From an uncultured Desulfobacterales bacterium (GTDB taxonomy: Bacteria > Desulfobacterota > Dissulfuribacteria > Dissulfuribacterales > JALVPX01): a stretch of DNA of 64,000 nucleotides. This document shows, piece by piece, positions 25,825-36,617 of this stretch. The translations under genes and the position numbers were made by a program. The notes beneath the pieces are model-generated. The model saw nothing but the letters and a program-made list of their open reading frames with translations. It was not told the origin of the DNA and ran no database searches. The DNA lies in the NCBI GenBank assembly GCA_964459155.1, contig CAYWKF010000044.1, forward strand, positions 120,407 through 184,406, given 5' to 3'. Position 1 is the first letter of the stretch. Each line of letters starts with the position of its first letter.

Positions 25825-26388
25825 CTATTTCAAAAATTGCCTCATAGCCTTGAACTCCTTTGAATCAGCCCTGGCCAAAATCTCATAAAGGGCCATTTCA
25901 GCTGGTCCTACAGCTATTCCCATGGCCAATAGCCTCTGAAGGGCAAGTTTGTGATTTTTCTTGTCCCTTGAGGATATAGCGTCTGCAATCACCCAAGGCT
26001 TGTATCCGCATTGAAGGGCACCCAGTGCAGTCTGGTAAATGCATATGTGGGCCTCTACGCCGGTCATAAGTAAAGTATCAACGGATGCGGGAAGATCACC
26101 CAGAGCCTTGCGGAATTCGTAATTCAAAAAGGAGTTGAATTCCATTTTGTCCACGCAGGGCACATCGGGTATGAGTTCGTTTATCTCCTGTACAAAGGGG
26201 CCCAAGCCTTTCTTGTACTGCGTTGTGGCCAAAATAGGCATTTCTACAGTCTGCGCCAGGCGTATCATGAGGACACTATTCTTGACTACCTTTTCTGCCT
26301 TGTGAATAACATTCATCAATTTTTCCTGAGGATCTATGACCAAAAGGCAGCATTTTGAAGCGTGTAGAATCTGCGGGATACTATTCAT
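25825..26388 (-). CDS. Isochorismatase-family cysteine hydrolase (nicotinamidase/YcaC-like)
   Basis: 187 aa. CLLVIDPQ (catalytic Asp), DKMEFNSF (Lys) and TGVEAHICI (Cys) match the family triad positions. Confidence 0.85.
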   Translation of the reverse strand: MNSIPQILHASKCCLLVIDPQEKLMNVIHKAEKVVKNSVLMIRLAQTVEMPILATTQYKKGLGPFVQEINELIPDVPCVDKMEFNSFLNYEFRKALGDLPASVDTLLMTGVEAHICIYQTALGALQCGYKPWVIADAISSRDKKNHKLALQRLLAMGIAVGPAEMALYEILARADSKEFKAMRQFLK

Positions 26389-26462
26389 CGAATGGAGCCT
26401 CCTTTCATATTGTTCAATATGAACCTGATTATATCATGGCGCAGGATACTATTTCGAGAAAT

Positions 26463-26494
26463 AAAAACGCCCCTTTTAGCAAGGGGCGTTTTTT
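26463..26494 (-). terminator. Rho-independent terminator downstream of actP
   Basis: AAAAACGCCCCTT / AAGGGGCGTTTTT perfect stem with T/A runs on both sides. Located 24 nt past the actP stop. Confidence 0.8.
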
Positions 26495-26517
26495 ATATTT
26501 TTATTGATGTGCGTTGA

Positions 26518-28290
26518 TTATTTTCTCACCAATGTGCCAGGCACACGAATGTCTTCTACCAGGTGCTGGATATGCTCTGGAGGAGGCGCGGTCAGGCCAG
26601 CTACTACATAGGCCACCACAAAGTTGACCAAGGCCCCCACTGAACCAAAGGCCTCGGGAGCAATGCCCATGACCCAATTCTGTGGATTGTTGGGCAACAT
26701 ATTCGTGCCTGGAATAAAGAACCAGCCCTTGTACCAGAATATGTAAACAAGTGTGACACCCAAACCTGCCAACATACCACATATGGCTCCAACGTTATTT
26801 ATACGCTTAACGAATATTCCCATCATGAGAGCCGGAAATATGGAGGATGCAGCCAGGCCAAAGGCCAGAGCCACGACCTGTGCAGCAAATCCTGGAGGAT
26901 GAAGTCCAAAGTAACCAGCCACCAAGATAGAGCCGGCCATGGCAATCCTGCCGGCCAGCAATTCGCCCTTGTCCGTCATGTCGGGGATGAAGATCCCTTT
27001 GAGGATATCATGGGAAATGGCTGAAGAAATAGCCAACAACAAACCTGCTGCTGTGGAAAGGGCTGCTGCTATTCCACCAGCAGCCACCAAGGCGATCACC
27101 CAATTAGGCAAGTTTGCGATTTCCGGATTTGCAAGCACCATTATGTCCCGGTCAACCTTGGTAAGTTCGTTTCCTTTCCAGCCCCATGCCTCTGCTTTTT
27201 TGGCAAATTCTTTGTTCTTGTCATTGTAGTATTGCAGCCTGCCGTCTCCGTTTTTGTCCTCATGTTTCAACAGGCCTGTCTTCTCCCAGTTGATGAACCA
27301 TGAGGGAAGTGCAGCAATCTTGATGTTCCCCTCAGGTGAGCCAACCGGTCCTGTCTGGATGGTGTTCATGAGGTTAAAACGGGCCATGGCCCCCACACCA
27401 GGGGCTGTTGTGTATAATATTGCAATAAAGACCAAGGCCCAGCCAACCGATGAGCGGGCATCACGCACTCTTGGCACTGTAAAAAACCGGATGATCACAT
27501 GTGGAAGACCCGCTGTACCGATCATGAGGGACAGCGTGTAGAGGAATATATTCAGGGTTGAGCCTTTTTGAACCGTATATTGAGTCCAGCCAAGATCCAC
27601 CATTATCTGATCCAGTTTGTCCAAAAGATATACACCACTGCCATCAGCCAAGGTGGAGCCCAAGCCTATCTGAGGAAAGATCTTTCCTGTGAGATGTAAC
27701 GAGATAAAAACCGCGGGCACGGTATAAGCAAATATCAGCACGCAGTATTGAGCTATCTGAGTGTATGTGATTCCTTTCATGCCGCCGGCAACTGCGTAGA
27801 TAAAAACTATGATCATGCCCACCAACAAGCCCAATTCATAAGGCAGTTCGAGGAACCTGGAGAATGCCACTCCGATACCCTTCATCTGGCCTATAACGTA
27901 GGTCAAAGAGGCAGTGATAAGACAGATGACAGCCACTATTTTTGCAGCCTTAGAGTAGTAGCGGTCTCCAATGAATTCGGGCACTGTAAACTTGCCATAT
28001 TTTCTCAGATACGGGGCCAGGAGCATAGCCAGCAAGCAATAGCCACCGGTCCAGCCCATGAGGAAGACGGAAGCGTCATAGCCCTTGAAAGCTATCAGGC
28101 CAGCCATGGATATGAAGGATGCAGCAGACATCCAGTCCGCGCCTGTGGCCATACCATTTAACACCGGATGCACGCCCTTGCCTGCCACATAAAATTCACC
28201 TGTAGTTCCTGCCCTGGACCTTATGGCTATAAATATGTACAGGGCAAAGGTGGCGCCAACCACCAGAAACGTCATAGTTCTCAAATCCAT
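26518..28290 (-). CDS. actP: Sodium:solute symporter family transporter, cation/acetate symporter (ActP-like)
   Basis: 590 aa. Polytopic SSF-type protein preceded by its DUF4212 small subunit and clustered with acs. Confidence 0.85.
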   Translation of the reverse strand: MDLRTMTFLVVGATFALYIFIAIRSRAGTTGEFYVAGKGVHPVLNGMATGADWMSAASFISMAGLIAFKGYDASVFLMGWTGGYCLLAMLLAPYLRKYGKFTVPEFIGDRYYSKAAKIVAVICLITASLTYVIGQMKGIGVAFSRFLELPYELGLLVGMIIVFIYAVAGGMKGITYTQIAQYCVLIFAYTVPAVFISLHLTGKIFPQIGLGSTLADGSGVYLLDKLDQIMVDLGWTQYTVQKGSTLNIFLYTLSLMIGTAGLPHVIIRFFTVPRVRDARSSVGWALVFIAILYTTAPGVGAMARFNLMNTIQTGPVGSPEGNIKIAALPSWFINWEKTGLLKHEDKNGDGRLQYYNDKNKEFAKKAEAWGWKGNELTKVDRDIMVLANPEIANLPNWVIALVAAGGIAAALSTAAGLLLAISSAISHDILKGIFIPDMTDKGELLAGRIAMAGSILVAGYFGLHPPGFAAQVVALAFGLAASSIFPALMMGIFVKRINNVGAICGMLAGLGVTLVYIFWYKGWFFIPGTNMLPNNPQNWVMGIAPEAFGSVGALVNFVVAYVVAGLTAPPPEHIQHLVEDIRVPGTLVRK

Positions 28291-28307
28291 TGTGCTCTCC
28301 TCCCTCC

Positions 28308-28577
28308 TTAGTCTTCTTCCACGCCGAACTTACGATCCAGACTGTTCATGCGCCAAGCATAGAAAAAAATCAGGGCTACAAAGGTGTATATAGAGCCCTG
28401 CTGGGCAAACCAGAAACCAAGCTTGTAGCCGCCCATGCCCAGGAAATCGAGCCGGATAGAATTAAGCTGGTCCACCAGCAGAATCCCGCATCCATACGAA
28501 ACCACGAACCAGACTATCAGGCACCCTATCACTAGCCTGATGTTAGCCTTCCAGTACTCTTTTGCTTGTGTACTCAT
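28308..28577 (-). CDS. DUF4212 small membrane protein (solute symporter accessory subunit)
   Basis: 89 aa. YWKANIRLV...GFWFAQQGSIYTFVALIFFYAWRMN is typical of DUF4212/YjcH-like proteins upstream of actP. Confidence 0.85.
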   Translation of the reverse strand: MSTQAKEYWKANIRLVIGCLIVWFVVSYGCGILLVDQLNSIRLDFLGMGGYKLGFWFAQQGSIYTFVALIFFYAWRMNSLDRKFGVEED

Positions 28578-28764
28578 AATCTTCCTCTCCCTTTAGTTTC
28601 TGATGCCTCAAAGTTTGAGATTTCAGCCCTTGCCCAAGGATCCAAACCGCGCATTCACAACATTATTGAAACTGAACCGCGATTCAGTACCAAGCATTTT
28701 TACTGTTCAAATGCCAATATGTCAAGGTATTCAGGCCATTTCAGGGTGTACGCGCAATCTCATC

Positions 28765-29469
28765 TCAAAGATAAGAACGACCTGCCCGATACAACTCTTT
28801 CAAAGTTTTTACTCCCCCTGTGCGCATTTTTTTGATGAGGTATAAAAACAAATACGCAGTTTGAAGGGCATCTTCGAGCGCGTCGTGAGGCTTGAAACGT
28901 GGCAGGCCGAATTCATCTGCTAGGTCGTCTAAATTGTAAGATTCAGACATGTCGCAGTGGCCGAAAGAGGCTCTGCATTTGCGTTCTTTGTATGCCCGGG
29001 CCAGGCGCATCGTGTCTATATTGGGGTTAGAGAGCGTGCCACCCAGAAATGCCTTGCATGCCTTGTTCAAAAAATGGACATCGATCGAAACAAAATGGCC
29101 CACCAGTAAGGCCGTGTCCAGATATTCTATGAAATCAGGCAGCACTGATTCGATGGGTGGTGCCTTTTCCAATTCTTCGGGGGTGATTCTGTGTACCAAT
29201 GTGGCCTTGCTGGGTGCTATATTTTTGGGCTTCACCAAGGTATAAAAAGTTTCATCCAAGACGATTTGGAGGTCAATTACCTTGACTGCTCCTATGGAAA
29301 CTATTTCGTCTTTGCGTTTATTGAGGCCTGTAAGTTCTGTATCACAAACAACAAAAATGTAATCCTGCAAAGGACCGCCCTGGTCAAAATTCTCAAAAAG
29401 TTCCTGGTTTTTTTGCAAGATTGGATGGGGTTTCCGAAACCAGGGCAGTTTTTCCCAAAAAGCCATCAT
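28765..29469 (-). CDS. DnaQ-like (DNA pol III epsilon-type) 3'-5' exonuclease domain protein
   Basis: 234 aa. DEDDh motifs FVVCDTELTG (Exo I), GHFVSIDVHFL (Exo II) and HDALEDA (Exo III). Abuts the DUF294 gene with no gap. Confidence 0.85.
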   Translation of the reverse strand: MMAFWEKLPWFRKPHPILQKNQELFENFDQGGPLQDYIFVVCDTELTGLNKRKDEIVSIGAVKVIDLQIVLDETFYTLVKPKNIAPSKATLVHRITPEELEKAPPIESVLPDFIEYLDTALLVGHFVSIDVHFLNKACKAFLGGTLSNPNIDTMRLARAYKERKCRASFGHCDMSESYNLDDLADEFGLPRFKPHDALEDALQTAYLFLYLIKKMRTGGVKTLKELYRAGRSYL

Positions 29470-31398
29470 CTATCCCACAGGAAAAATGGTTTTCAACACA
29501 CTATGGAACCTGTCAATTACCAGAAAAGCCTCTTTTAGCATCTTGCGGTCCAAGTCCGACAGGCTCTTAGGATCTATATAGTTGTCTGGATGGACACCGG
29601 CTTCCATTTGCTCCAATTGATGGATTAGACGCAAATACATCTGTATTTCATAAGCCTCACTGGCGTCATTCCACAAATCTTTGGAAATGTGGCCTTCCTC
29701 TGCCAATACGTGCAGGCGCGCTAAGGTGTTGGTCTCTTTAATTCCAAATTTCAAGGCCATTACCCTGGCAAAGCTCACAAAGGGCATGAGACCGCTCTTT
29801 TTTATATCCAGCTTGTTTTTGTGTTCGCCGTCCTTTTCAACTATGAAGTTTTTGAAAAACGAAAGGGGAGCCCTGGCTCCCAAACATTCTCTTGCCATAT
29901 GAAGGAGATAAATTTGCTGCCGTTTTGTCATATCGTAGAGATAATTTCGAAGCTCTTCAGCCAACTCAACCCGGCCATATCCAGCCCTGAAATCGAAATA
30001 AATTTGTGCTCGCAGAACCTCGTCTGGCTCTGGCACGTTTACTAAATGGCGAAAATTTTCTTTCCAGCCGGTCAACGAACGGCGCAGTTTGGGATTGGTT
30101 GCCATGATATTACCAGGGCACGGAGGATAACCGCAATTTATCAGGTGATCTATAGCCTTTTTGGCCAATATCTCAAAATATTCTTCAGCCTCTTTGGCTT
30201 CGTTTTCGTTTTTTGGATCTGCGTATAAGAGGCCGTTGTCCTGGTCGGTCTTGAAGGTCTGTTCCTTTCTTCCCTCACTGCCCATAAGCAGCCAGCAGTA
30301 TGGTACTGGTGGAGGGCCTAGCTCTTCCTCCAAGAGTGACAGAAGCCGGCTCAAGATCTGATCATTCAGCAAGGAGATCATCCTGGAAATATTGCTGGCC
30401 TTTCCGCCTTCCTTGATCAGAGTCCTTATTAGATCTGGGATCTTCTGGGACAGGCTATAAAGGCCTTGTATGTTTTGCTGCTTGCGTATCTCTTTGAAGA
30501 GCAGGTATGGAGAGTGGCCCTGAAGCAGCATGATGTCGTGTGAAGTGATTACGCCTATAATCTTTCCTTTACGCTCCACTGCCAGATGATGAAGACCAGT
30601 GGACATCATCTTCATCAATGCATCAAAACAAACAGCTTGGGACAAGACTGTTACTAAAGGTGATGACATGATCCGTTCTATTGGCTCATTGTAATCAAGC
30701 CCTGCCGCTACCACCTTCGTTCGTAAATCCCTGTCCGTAACTATTCCTATTATATCCTGCTCATCTTCGGGGTTGCTTACCAATATTGAGCCTATCCTAT
30801 ACTTGGCCATGGCCTGGGCAGCCTTTTGGATGGTTGTATCTTTGGGAACCTGCTTTGGCTCCTGTTTGACAATATCCTCCACCTGGATCGAAAACAGGTA
30901 GAGTTCTTCCTCACCCCGGCGGCCAACCTTGTGCCTGCGCAATTCACTGTATGCAGTGTTTACAATCTTTTCAGAAAAACTTTTGAGGTAATATTGTGCA
31001 AAGCCCGGTTTTTTTTCGATCAGCTCCAGAAAGACCTCCCTTGGCAGCATGAACACAAAGGTGTCTTCAACGGTCTCAATATTCAGGTTTGCCTTGGTAC
31101 CCCGAATAATGGGAAGGGCACCAATATACGCTCCTTCGCCTCGGTAATCTTTCAATGTCACTTCACCTTCGTCATCCGTTATGTAGGCTTTTACCCCTCC
31201 TTTCTGAATCAAGTAGAGATGGGTGATCTCGGTTTCTCCAGCAGTGAAAATCTTGGTTCCCTTGGGAAAAAAATCCACCCTTACATGACGGGCAATGTCA
31301 TACAGTGTGTCGTCATCCAGTTCTTTAAATGGCATGATCTGTTTGAAAAATTCAACTACTACCTGGGGTGCTACCTTATGGACATCCTTTGAACCCAT
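29470..31398 (-). CDS. Cyclic-nucleotide-binding + CBS-pair + DUF294 putative nucleotidyltransferase protein
   Basis: 642 aa. cNMP-binding-like N-terminus (FPKGTKIFTAGE...GEGAYIGALPIIRG), CBS-type repeats, and the NTase signature GSEGRKEQTFKTDQDNG. Confidence 0.85.
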   Translation of the reverse strand: MGSKDVHKVAPQVVVEFFKQIMPFKELDDDTLYDIARHVRVDFFPKGTKIFTAGETEITHLYLIQKGGVKAYITDDEGEVTLKDYRGEGAYIGALPIIRGTKANLNIETVEDTFVFMLPREVFLELIEKKPGFAQYYLKSFSEKIVNTAYSELRRHKVGRRGEEELYLFSIQVEDIVKQEPKQVPKDTTIQKAAQAMAKYRIGSILVSNPEDEQDIIGIVTDRDLRTKVVAAGLDYNEPIERIMSSPLVTVLSQAVCFDALMKMMSTGLHHLAVERKGKIIGVITSHDIMLLQGHSPYLLFKEIRKQQNIQGLYSLSQKIPDLIRTLIKEGGKASNISRMISLLNDQILSRLLSLLEEELGPPPVPYCWLLMGSEGRKEQTFKTDQDNGLLYADPKNENEAKEAEEYFEILAKKAIDHLINCGYPPCPGNIMATNPKLRRSLTGWKENFRHLVNVPEPDEVLRAQIYFDFRAGYGRVELAEELRNYLYDMTKRQQIYLLHMARECLGARAPLSFFKNFIVEKDGEHKNKLDIKKSGLMPFVSFARVMALKFGIKETNTLARLHVLAEEGHISKDLWNDASEAYEIQMYLRLIHQLEQMEAGVHPDNYIDPKSLSDLDRKMLKEAFLVIDRFHSVLKTIFPVG

Positions 31399-31515
31399 TT
31401 TTGCGTATCCTCCAAAACAATAAAAGCGCCTGTTTATCCTTGTGGCTGCTAAAAGACTTTATTCCTTTTTATTGCACAAAAATAAAGGGCTCAAGCTCAA
31501 AATTTCCTATCCATC

Positions 31516-31547
31516 AAAAAAGGCAGGACCATATAAGTGCCCTGCCC
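31516..31547 (-). terminator. Rho-independent terminator after acs
   Basis: Stem GGCAGG (31522-27) / CCTGCC (31541-46). The A-run 31516-31521 gives a U-run on the minus transcript. About 33 nt past the acs stop. Confidence 0.65.
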
Positions 31548-31579
31548 GTTGATATTATATCTGATACCGGTGGCCTGTT

Positions 31580-33577
31580 TTATTTCTTGGATAAAGCCTT
31601 TTTGCCCTCTATGAGATCATCAATAACAGATGGGTCTGCCAGGGTCGAGGTATCTCCAAACTCAGCGTAGTCAAAGATATTGGCTGCAATCTTGCGGAGT
31701 ATTCGCCGCATGATTTTGCCGCTCCTGGTCTTGGGAAGCGCAGGTGAAAACTGGATGACCTCTGGTGTGGCAATTGGCCCGATCACCTTGCGGACATGAG
31801 CGCGAAGCTCGTTGCGGAGCTTTTCGCTTTCCTTTACACCTGCCTTCAAAGTAACATAGGCATAAATCGACTGGCCTTTGATCTCGTGAGGCATGCCCAC
31901 CACTGCCGCCTCAGCGACTGCAGGATGAGAAACCAGCGCTGACTCAATTTCTGCTGTGCCAAGGCGGTGGCCTGACACGTTGATCACGTCATCAAGGCGG
32001 CCCATTATCCAGAAATAGCCGTCTTCGTCTTTTCGTGCCCCATCTCCCGCATCATATACGCCGGGAAAACGCTCAAAATAGGTCGATTTGAAGCGTTTGG
32101 GATCGCCAAAGACACCCCTCAACATACCGGGCCACGGTTTGCGGATTACCAAGTGGCCTCCTTCGTTAATGGCTGCCACGGTCCCATCTTCCCTGAATAT
32201 AGCTGCATCCACTCCAGGCAGGGGCAAAGTTGCAGAACCAGGTTTGAGAGGAGTTGCATAAGGAAGTGGTGAAATAAGGATACCACCTGTCTCTGTCTGC
32301 CACCAGGTATCCACTATAGGCAATTTGCCCTTGCCTATGTGCTCATGGTACCACATCCATGCCTCAGGGTTGATTGGCTCACCTACAGACCCCAGGATCC
32401 TCAATGTTGAAAGATCATATTTTTCTGTCCACTCAACCCCTTCACGCATGAGCGCCCTGATAACTGTAGGTGCTGTATAAAAAATATTGACCTTGAACTT
32501 TTCGACAATCTTCCAGAATCTGGCTGGGTCCGGCCAAGTCGGCACCCCCTCGAACATCACCGAAGTTCCCCCCAGGGCAAGGGGTCCATAGACAATATAG
32601 GAATGGCCTGTAATCCAGCCAATGTCAGCTGTGCACCAATAGACATCATCGTCATGGAGGTCAAAGACATATTGCGTGGTATGGGCCACGTACGTCATAT
32701 AACCACCTGTAGTGTGGAGCACGCCTTTGGGTTTTCCGGTGCTGCCGCTAGTATAAAGAATGAAAAGAGGGTCCTCAGCCCCCATTGATTCAGGCTCGCA
32801 CTTGTCTGAGATATCTTCAGACACAATTTCTTCGTGCCACCATGAATCCCGCTTCTTCTTCATCTCTATCTCGTTGCCGGCCCTTTTCACCACGATGCAC
32901 TTCTTGACAGAGGGACATTCCTTTAAGGCCTCGTCTGCGTTGGGTTTGAGTGGAATGGTACGGCCAGCGCGAAGCACCGCATCTGCAGTAATGAGCACTT
33001 TGGCTTGGCAATCTTGTATCCTGTTTTTGAGACTCTCGGCACTGAAACCAGCAAAAACTATGGAATGGGGGGCTCCGATCCTGGCACATGCAAGCATGGC
33101 GATGGCCAATTCTGGGATCATGGGAAGATAGATGGAGACCCTATCACCCCTTTTGACTCCCATTTTCTTCAGGACATTGGCAAAACGGCATACTTCTGTG
33201 TGAAGCATCTGATAAGTGTAAACCTTCACATCATCTTCAGGCTCACCCTGCCATATAATGGCGGCCTTGTTCCTGCGGCCATCTTCAAGATGACGGTCTA
33301 AGCAATTGTAGGCGGCATTCAATTTTCCACCGATGAACCATTTGATTTCAGGCTTGAAGAAGTCATATTTCAAGACGGTTCTCCACTTCCTGTCCCAAGT
33401 GATCAGCTCGGAAGTCCGGTCTGCCCAATATCCTTCCGGATCATCCATGGAGCGCTTGTAAATCTCCCTATACTCCTTCATACTCTTGACGTGGGCCTTG
33501 CGCTGCCCCTTCCGCGGTGGCTTAAAAATGCGCTCCTCACTCATCAAGCTGGTAATTTTTTTCTCTTTTTCTGCCAT
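31580..33577 (-). CDS. acs: Acetyl-CoA synthetase (AMP-forming)
   Basis: 665 aa. [19 protein letters not shown] and [14 protein letters not shown] are hallmark motifs. GGAGG RBS. Confidence 0.95.
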   Translation of the reverse strand: MAEKEKKITSLMSEERIFKPPRKGQRKAHVKSMKEYREIYKRSMDDPEGYWADRTSELITWDRKWRTVLKYDFFKPEIKWFIGGKLNAAYNCLDRHLEDGRRNKAAIIWQGEPEDDVKVYTYQMLHTEVCRFANVLKKMGVKRGDRVSIYLPMIPELAIAMLACARIGAPHSIVFAGFSAESLKNRIQDCQAKVLITADAVLRAGRTIPLKPNADEALKECPSVKKCIVVKRAGNEIEMKKKRDSWWHEEIVSEDISDKCEPESMGAEDPLFILYTSGSTGKPKGVLHTTGGYMTYVAHTTQYVFDLHDDDVYWCTADIGWITGHSYIVYGPLALGGTSVMFEGVPTWPDPARFWKIVEKFKVNIFYTAPTVIRALMREGVEWTEKYDLSTLRILGSVGEPINPEAWMWYHEHIGKGKLPIVDTWWQTETGGILISPLPYATPLKPGSATLPLPGVDAAIFREDGTVAAINEGGHLVIRKPWPGMLRGVFGDPKRFKSTYFERFPGVYDAGDGARKDEDGYFWIMGRLDDVINVSGHRLGTAEIESALVSHPAVAEAAVVGMPHEIKGQSIYAYVTLKAGVKESEKLRNELRAHVRKVIGPIATPEVIQFSPALPKTRSGKIMRRILRKIAANIFDYAEFGDTSTLADPSVIDDLIEGKKALSKK

Positions 33578-33642
33578 AACTGCCTCCTCTCAGATAAATT
33601 TGCCGGTCAAGAAGACCGGACTCCCTTCCAGAAAGTGGCCTC

Positions 33643-33671
33643 ATTATTCTACCAGTTTGCACTTGTGTCAA
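33643..33671 (-). promoter_or_regulatory. Sigma70-like promoter candidate for acs
   Basis: Minus strand TTGACA (33671-33666), 17-nt spacer, AATAAT (33648-33643). About 58-nt leader to ATG 33577. Confidence 0.4.
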
Positions 33672-33886
33672 TGGATAAAATTTTTTAGAACATCTTTGAA
33701 ATCAAGTAGTTTAAAAATTTTTCACAAGCTATATAAACGCTAATATCAGATTGTTTTTGTCCGCTTTTACAGCTGAACGAAAACCAATTACGAAAAGATA
33801 ATGGCTACTTTTTCAGAAATTGAATGCAGATTTTTCTCATCAACTGCTAAATGACTCAGGAGATGCGGATATGAGACGTTGCAATC

Positions 33887-34279
33887 TCAGGGAACAAGCT
33901 CGCTTTCAACCTTGATCACTGTGTGCACATTACCTCTAGGATGAAAATCTCCTTCCACATATAGATATTTGGGCTTCAAGACTTCTTTCAATGCTGCAAA
34001 TATTTCGTTTGTTGATTCCTCATGGGAGATGTGGCGGTCCCGGTATGCATTCAAAAACAATTTCAAAGACTTAAGCTCAACAATCCACTTGTCTGGTACA
34101 TACTTTATCCTGATGGTGGCGAAATCCGGGTACCCAGACCTTGGGCACAGGCAAGTAAACTCAGGAAATGTTATCTCAACGGTGTAGTCCTGCTCCGGGC
34201 TGGGATTGGGCCAAGGCTCCAATTTTGCTTCTTTTATTGCTCTTTCTCCATATTTCATTCTAATTTGACCCTTCTTCAA
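33887..34279 (-). CDS. queF: NADPH-dependent 7-cyano-7-deazaguanine (preQ0) reductase, unimodular type
   Basis: [49 protein letters not shown] matches the QueF motif. The start may be ATG 34258, 1 nt after the yibQ-like stop. Confidence 0.9.
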   Translation of the reverse strand: MKKGQIRMKYGERAIKEAKLEPWPNPSPEQDYTVEITFPEFTCLCPRSGYPDFATIRIKYVPDKWIVELKSLKLFLNAYRDRHISHEESTNEIFAALKEVLKPKYLYVEGDFHPRGNVHTVIKVESELVP

Positions 34280-35171
34280 TCAAGCGATAGATTGATACGA
34301 TCTTTACCTTTTTTTTCAAAAGAGGCAAATTATTGTATAGCACACGATAAGTTGCGATATGCGGGTGTCCAATTGCCACTGCATAGCCTTTTCTGCTGGC
34401 GATCTTCACCAAACGGTTTACTTCTTTCAAGATGTCTCGTTCCTTGAAGGAATGATCCAGGAAAACATCACGCCTGACTGCAGACACACCCACGGATTTT
34501 GCCACCTCGTAAGCTACTGAAGACTTGGTTGTCCGGCTGTCCACAAAGAACATGCCCCGCTGCTTCAACTCTGCCATGATGATGTGCATTACACTAAAAT
34601 CTGCCGTGAGCTTAGAACCCATGTGATTATTGAGACCTGAGGCATACGGAACGGATTCTATGGCGTCGTTCAATATCCTGCGTATGGTCCTAAGGTCCAT
34701 TGAGCAGTAAATAGCATCTGGTCCAGGATCTATCATCACCGAATTTGGCTCCATGGGCATGTGGACCATCACGTCCTTGCCTGCATGGGCTGCTTGCCTG
34801 GCCAGCTCCTTGGTAAATGGTGCATGAGGCAAAAAAGCAAAAGAAATGGAGGCGGGCAGATTGATGAACGCTTCGTCCAAAGGAAAATTATAGCCCATAT
34901 CATCGATGATGATTGCAACCAATGGTTTTCTCGTCTTTGGAATCTCACTAAGAGGTTCTGGTTCTCTACGGGAGGGAATTGGCAAAGGCTCTTCGAAGGC
35001 AGGGCGCGAAGTTGACAAGTCTTTTGGGGGAGCTGGAAGCCATAAAATTATCAAGCATAACGCCACTAAAAAACCAAGTATAGAGAGGCGCCAAAGCAGC
35101 CCTGGATAACGGCCATAAGGGACTGCCATCTTTTGCCCGACCTTGCGGCGTTTTTTTGCCCGTTTACTCAA
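34260..35171 (-). CDS. Divergent polysaccharide deacetylase family protein (YibQ-like)
   Basis: 303 aa. N-terminal membrane anchor, then [12 protein letters not shown] and NNHMGS motifs. Last gene of the ftsEX-envC-ctpA cluster. Confidence 0.8.
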   Translation of the reverse strand: MSKRAKKRRKVGQKMAVPYGRYPGLLWRLSILGFLVALCLIILWLPAPPKDLSTSRPAFEEPLPIPSRREPEPLSEIPKTRKPLVAIIIDDMGYNFPLDEAFINLPASISFAFLPHAPFTKELARQAAHAGKDVMVHMPMEPNSVMIDPGPDAIYCSMDLRTIRRILNDAIESVPYASGLNNHMGSKLTADFSVMHIIMAELKQRGMFFVDSRTTKSSVAYEVAKSVGVSAVRRDVFLDHSFKERDILKEVNRLVKIASRKGYAVAIGHPHIATYRVLYNNLPLLKKKVKIVSIYRLIEEGSN

Positions 35172-35194
35172 CTAGCCTCTGTGAAACAAGAAAG

Positions 35195-36538
35195 CTACTT
35201 TGGCGAAGCCTTCATCTGCGCGAAAATCTGCCAGGCCTTCAATATCCTGAGAGCCTCCTTTACCTGGTTGTCCATAGGAGGAGCCTTTTCGTCACCCTTT
35301 TTCTCGCCTTTTTTGCCCTCTTTGACGGTCTTGGCATTTTTCTCCTTTTCACCAGGCAAGTGGCCTTCTAGATCTTTCTCCTTCAAGAAATGGAAGGGGC
35401 TTTTTTCATCCTTAGCCTCCTTTTTCTCTTCCGGAATAAAGGGAACCACTATATCAGGCTGTATGCCTTCGGCCTGTATGGATCGGCCACTGGGTGTGTA
35501 ATAACGGGCAGTAGTAAGACGCACTGCAGAACCGTCTGGCAATGGAATAATGGTTTGAACCGACCCCTTGCCAAAGGTCTGTGTACCCAAGATTATGGCC
35601 CGCTTGTGGTCTTGAAGGGCTCCAGCAACAATTTCAGAGGCGCTGGCACTTCCTTCATTTACCAAAACGACCATTGGATAGTCATGAGGTTCTCCATTTG
35701 GATGGGCCTCAAACTTTATCTTCTGGCTTTTCACCCTGCCATCCGTATAAACTATGAGCCCAGAATCCAAAAACTCGTCTGCCACCTTTACAGCTTGGTC
35801 AAGCAATCCTCCTGGATCATTTCTAAGGTCAAGAACCAGACCTTTGAGGCCATTTTTGCCTTCAAGCTCTCTTAGGGCCTTTTTAAGCTCGGAACTGGTC
35901 TTTTCACGGAAATTGCTTATTCTAACATAGCCATAGCTATCTTCCAGCATCCTGTAGCGCACACTTTTTATCGGAATGACATCCCTTACGATTGTCACGT
36001 CTTTCAGCTGGCGCCATCCTTCACGGAAGATTGATATGGTTACCTTTGTTCCCTTCGGCCCCCTGAGCAGCTTTACTGCCTCAACAAGGCTCATATTTTT
36101 CGTGCTTTTGCCGTTGATTTTGAGAATCTTGTCGTTGGCCTTAAGGCCTGCCTTAAAGGCGGGTGTACCCTCAATGGGCGAAACCACTGTCAGGACTCCG
36201 TCCCGAAGGGTTATTTCAATGCCTATGCCGGTGAAACTCCCTTTGGTTTCAACCTGCAACTCTTTGAAGTCTTCAGGCTTCATAAAGGCTGAATGGGGAT
36301 CGAGGGACTGGAGCATCCCCTGAATAGCTCCATAGATGAGCTTTTTGGGAGCAACCTCTTCTACGTAGTTCCTCTGCACCAACTCCAAGACTGATGCAAA
36401 GGTCTTGAGCTCTGCATATGTGTCTTCTTCCTTAGCCGAGGCTATCTGATGCATTTGATAGGAGCCTGCAGCAGCGAACAGTATCAATAAGGCAGCAACA
36501 ATTGTTGTGATTCGAAGGGTCTTTTTCATACGCACCAT
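35195..36538 (-). CDS. Carboxy-terminal processing protease (S41 family)
   Basis: 447 aa. PDZ-like segment, DLRNDPGGLL and SASASEIVAGALQDHKRAIILGTQTFGKGSVQ motifs. Confidence 0.9.
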   Translation of the reverse strand: MVRMKKTLRITTIVAALLILFAAAGSYQMHQIASAKEEDTYAELKTFASVLELVQRNYVEEVAPKKLIYGAIQGMLQSLDPHSAFMKPEDFKELQVETKGSFTGIGIEITLRDGVLTVVSPIEGTPAFKAGLKANDKILKINGKSTKNMSLVEAVKLLRGPKGTKVTISIFREGWRQLKDVTIVRDVIPIKSVRYRMLEDSYGYVRISNFREKTSSELKKALRELEGKNGLKGLVLDLRNDPGGLLDQAVKVADEFLDSGLIVYTDGRVKSQKIKFEAHPNGEPHDYPMVVLVNEGSASASEIVAGALQDHKRAIILGTQTFGKGSVQTIIPLPDGSAVRLTTARYYTPSGRSIQAEGIQPDIVVPFIPEEKKEAKDEKSPFHFLKEKDLEGHLPGEKEKNAKTVKEGKKGEKKGDEKAPPMDNQVKEALRILKAWQIFAQMKASPK

Positions 36539-36617
36539 TTCAAACAGTTGTGTTTAATTTGGTATATTTCTTAAATCAAAGCCGCACAATAAGCAATATA
36601 GCAATGGAAAAAACGCC

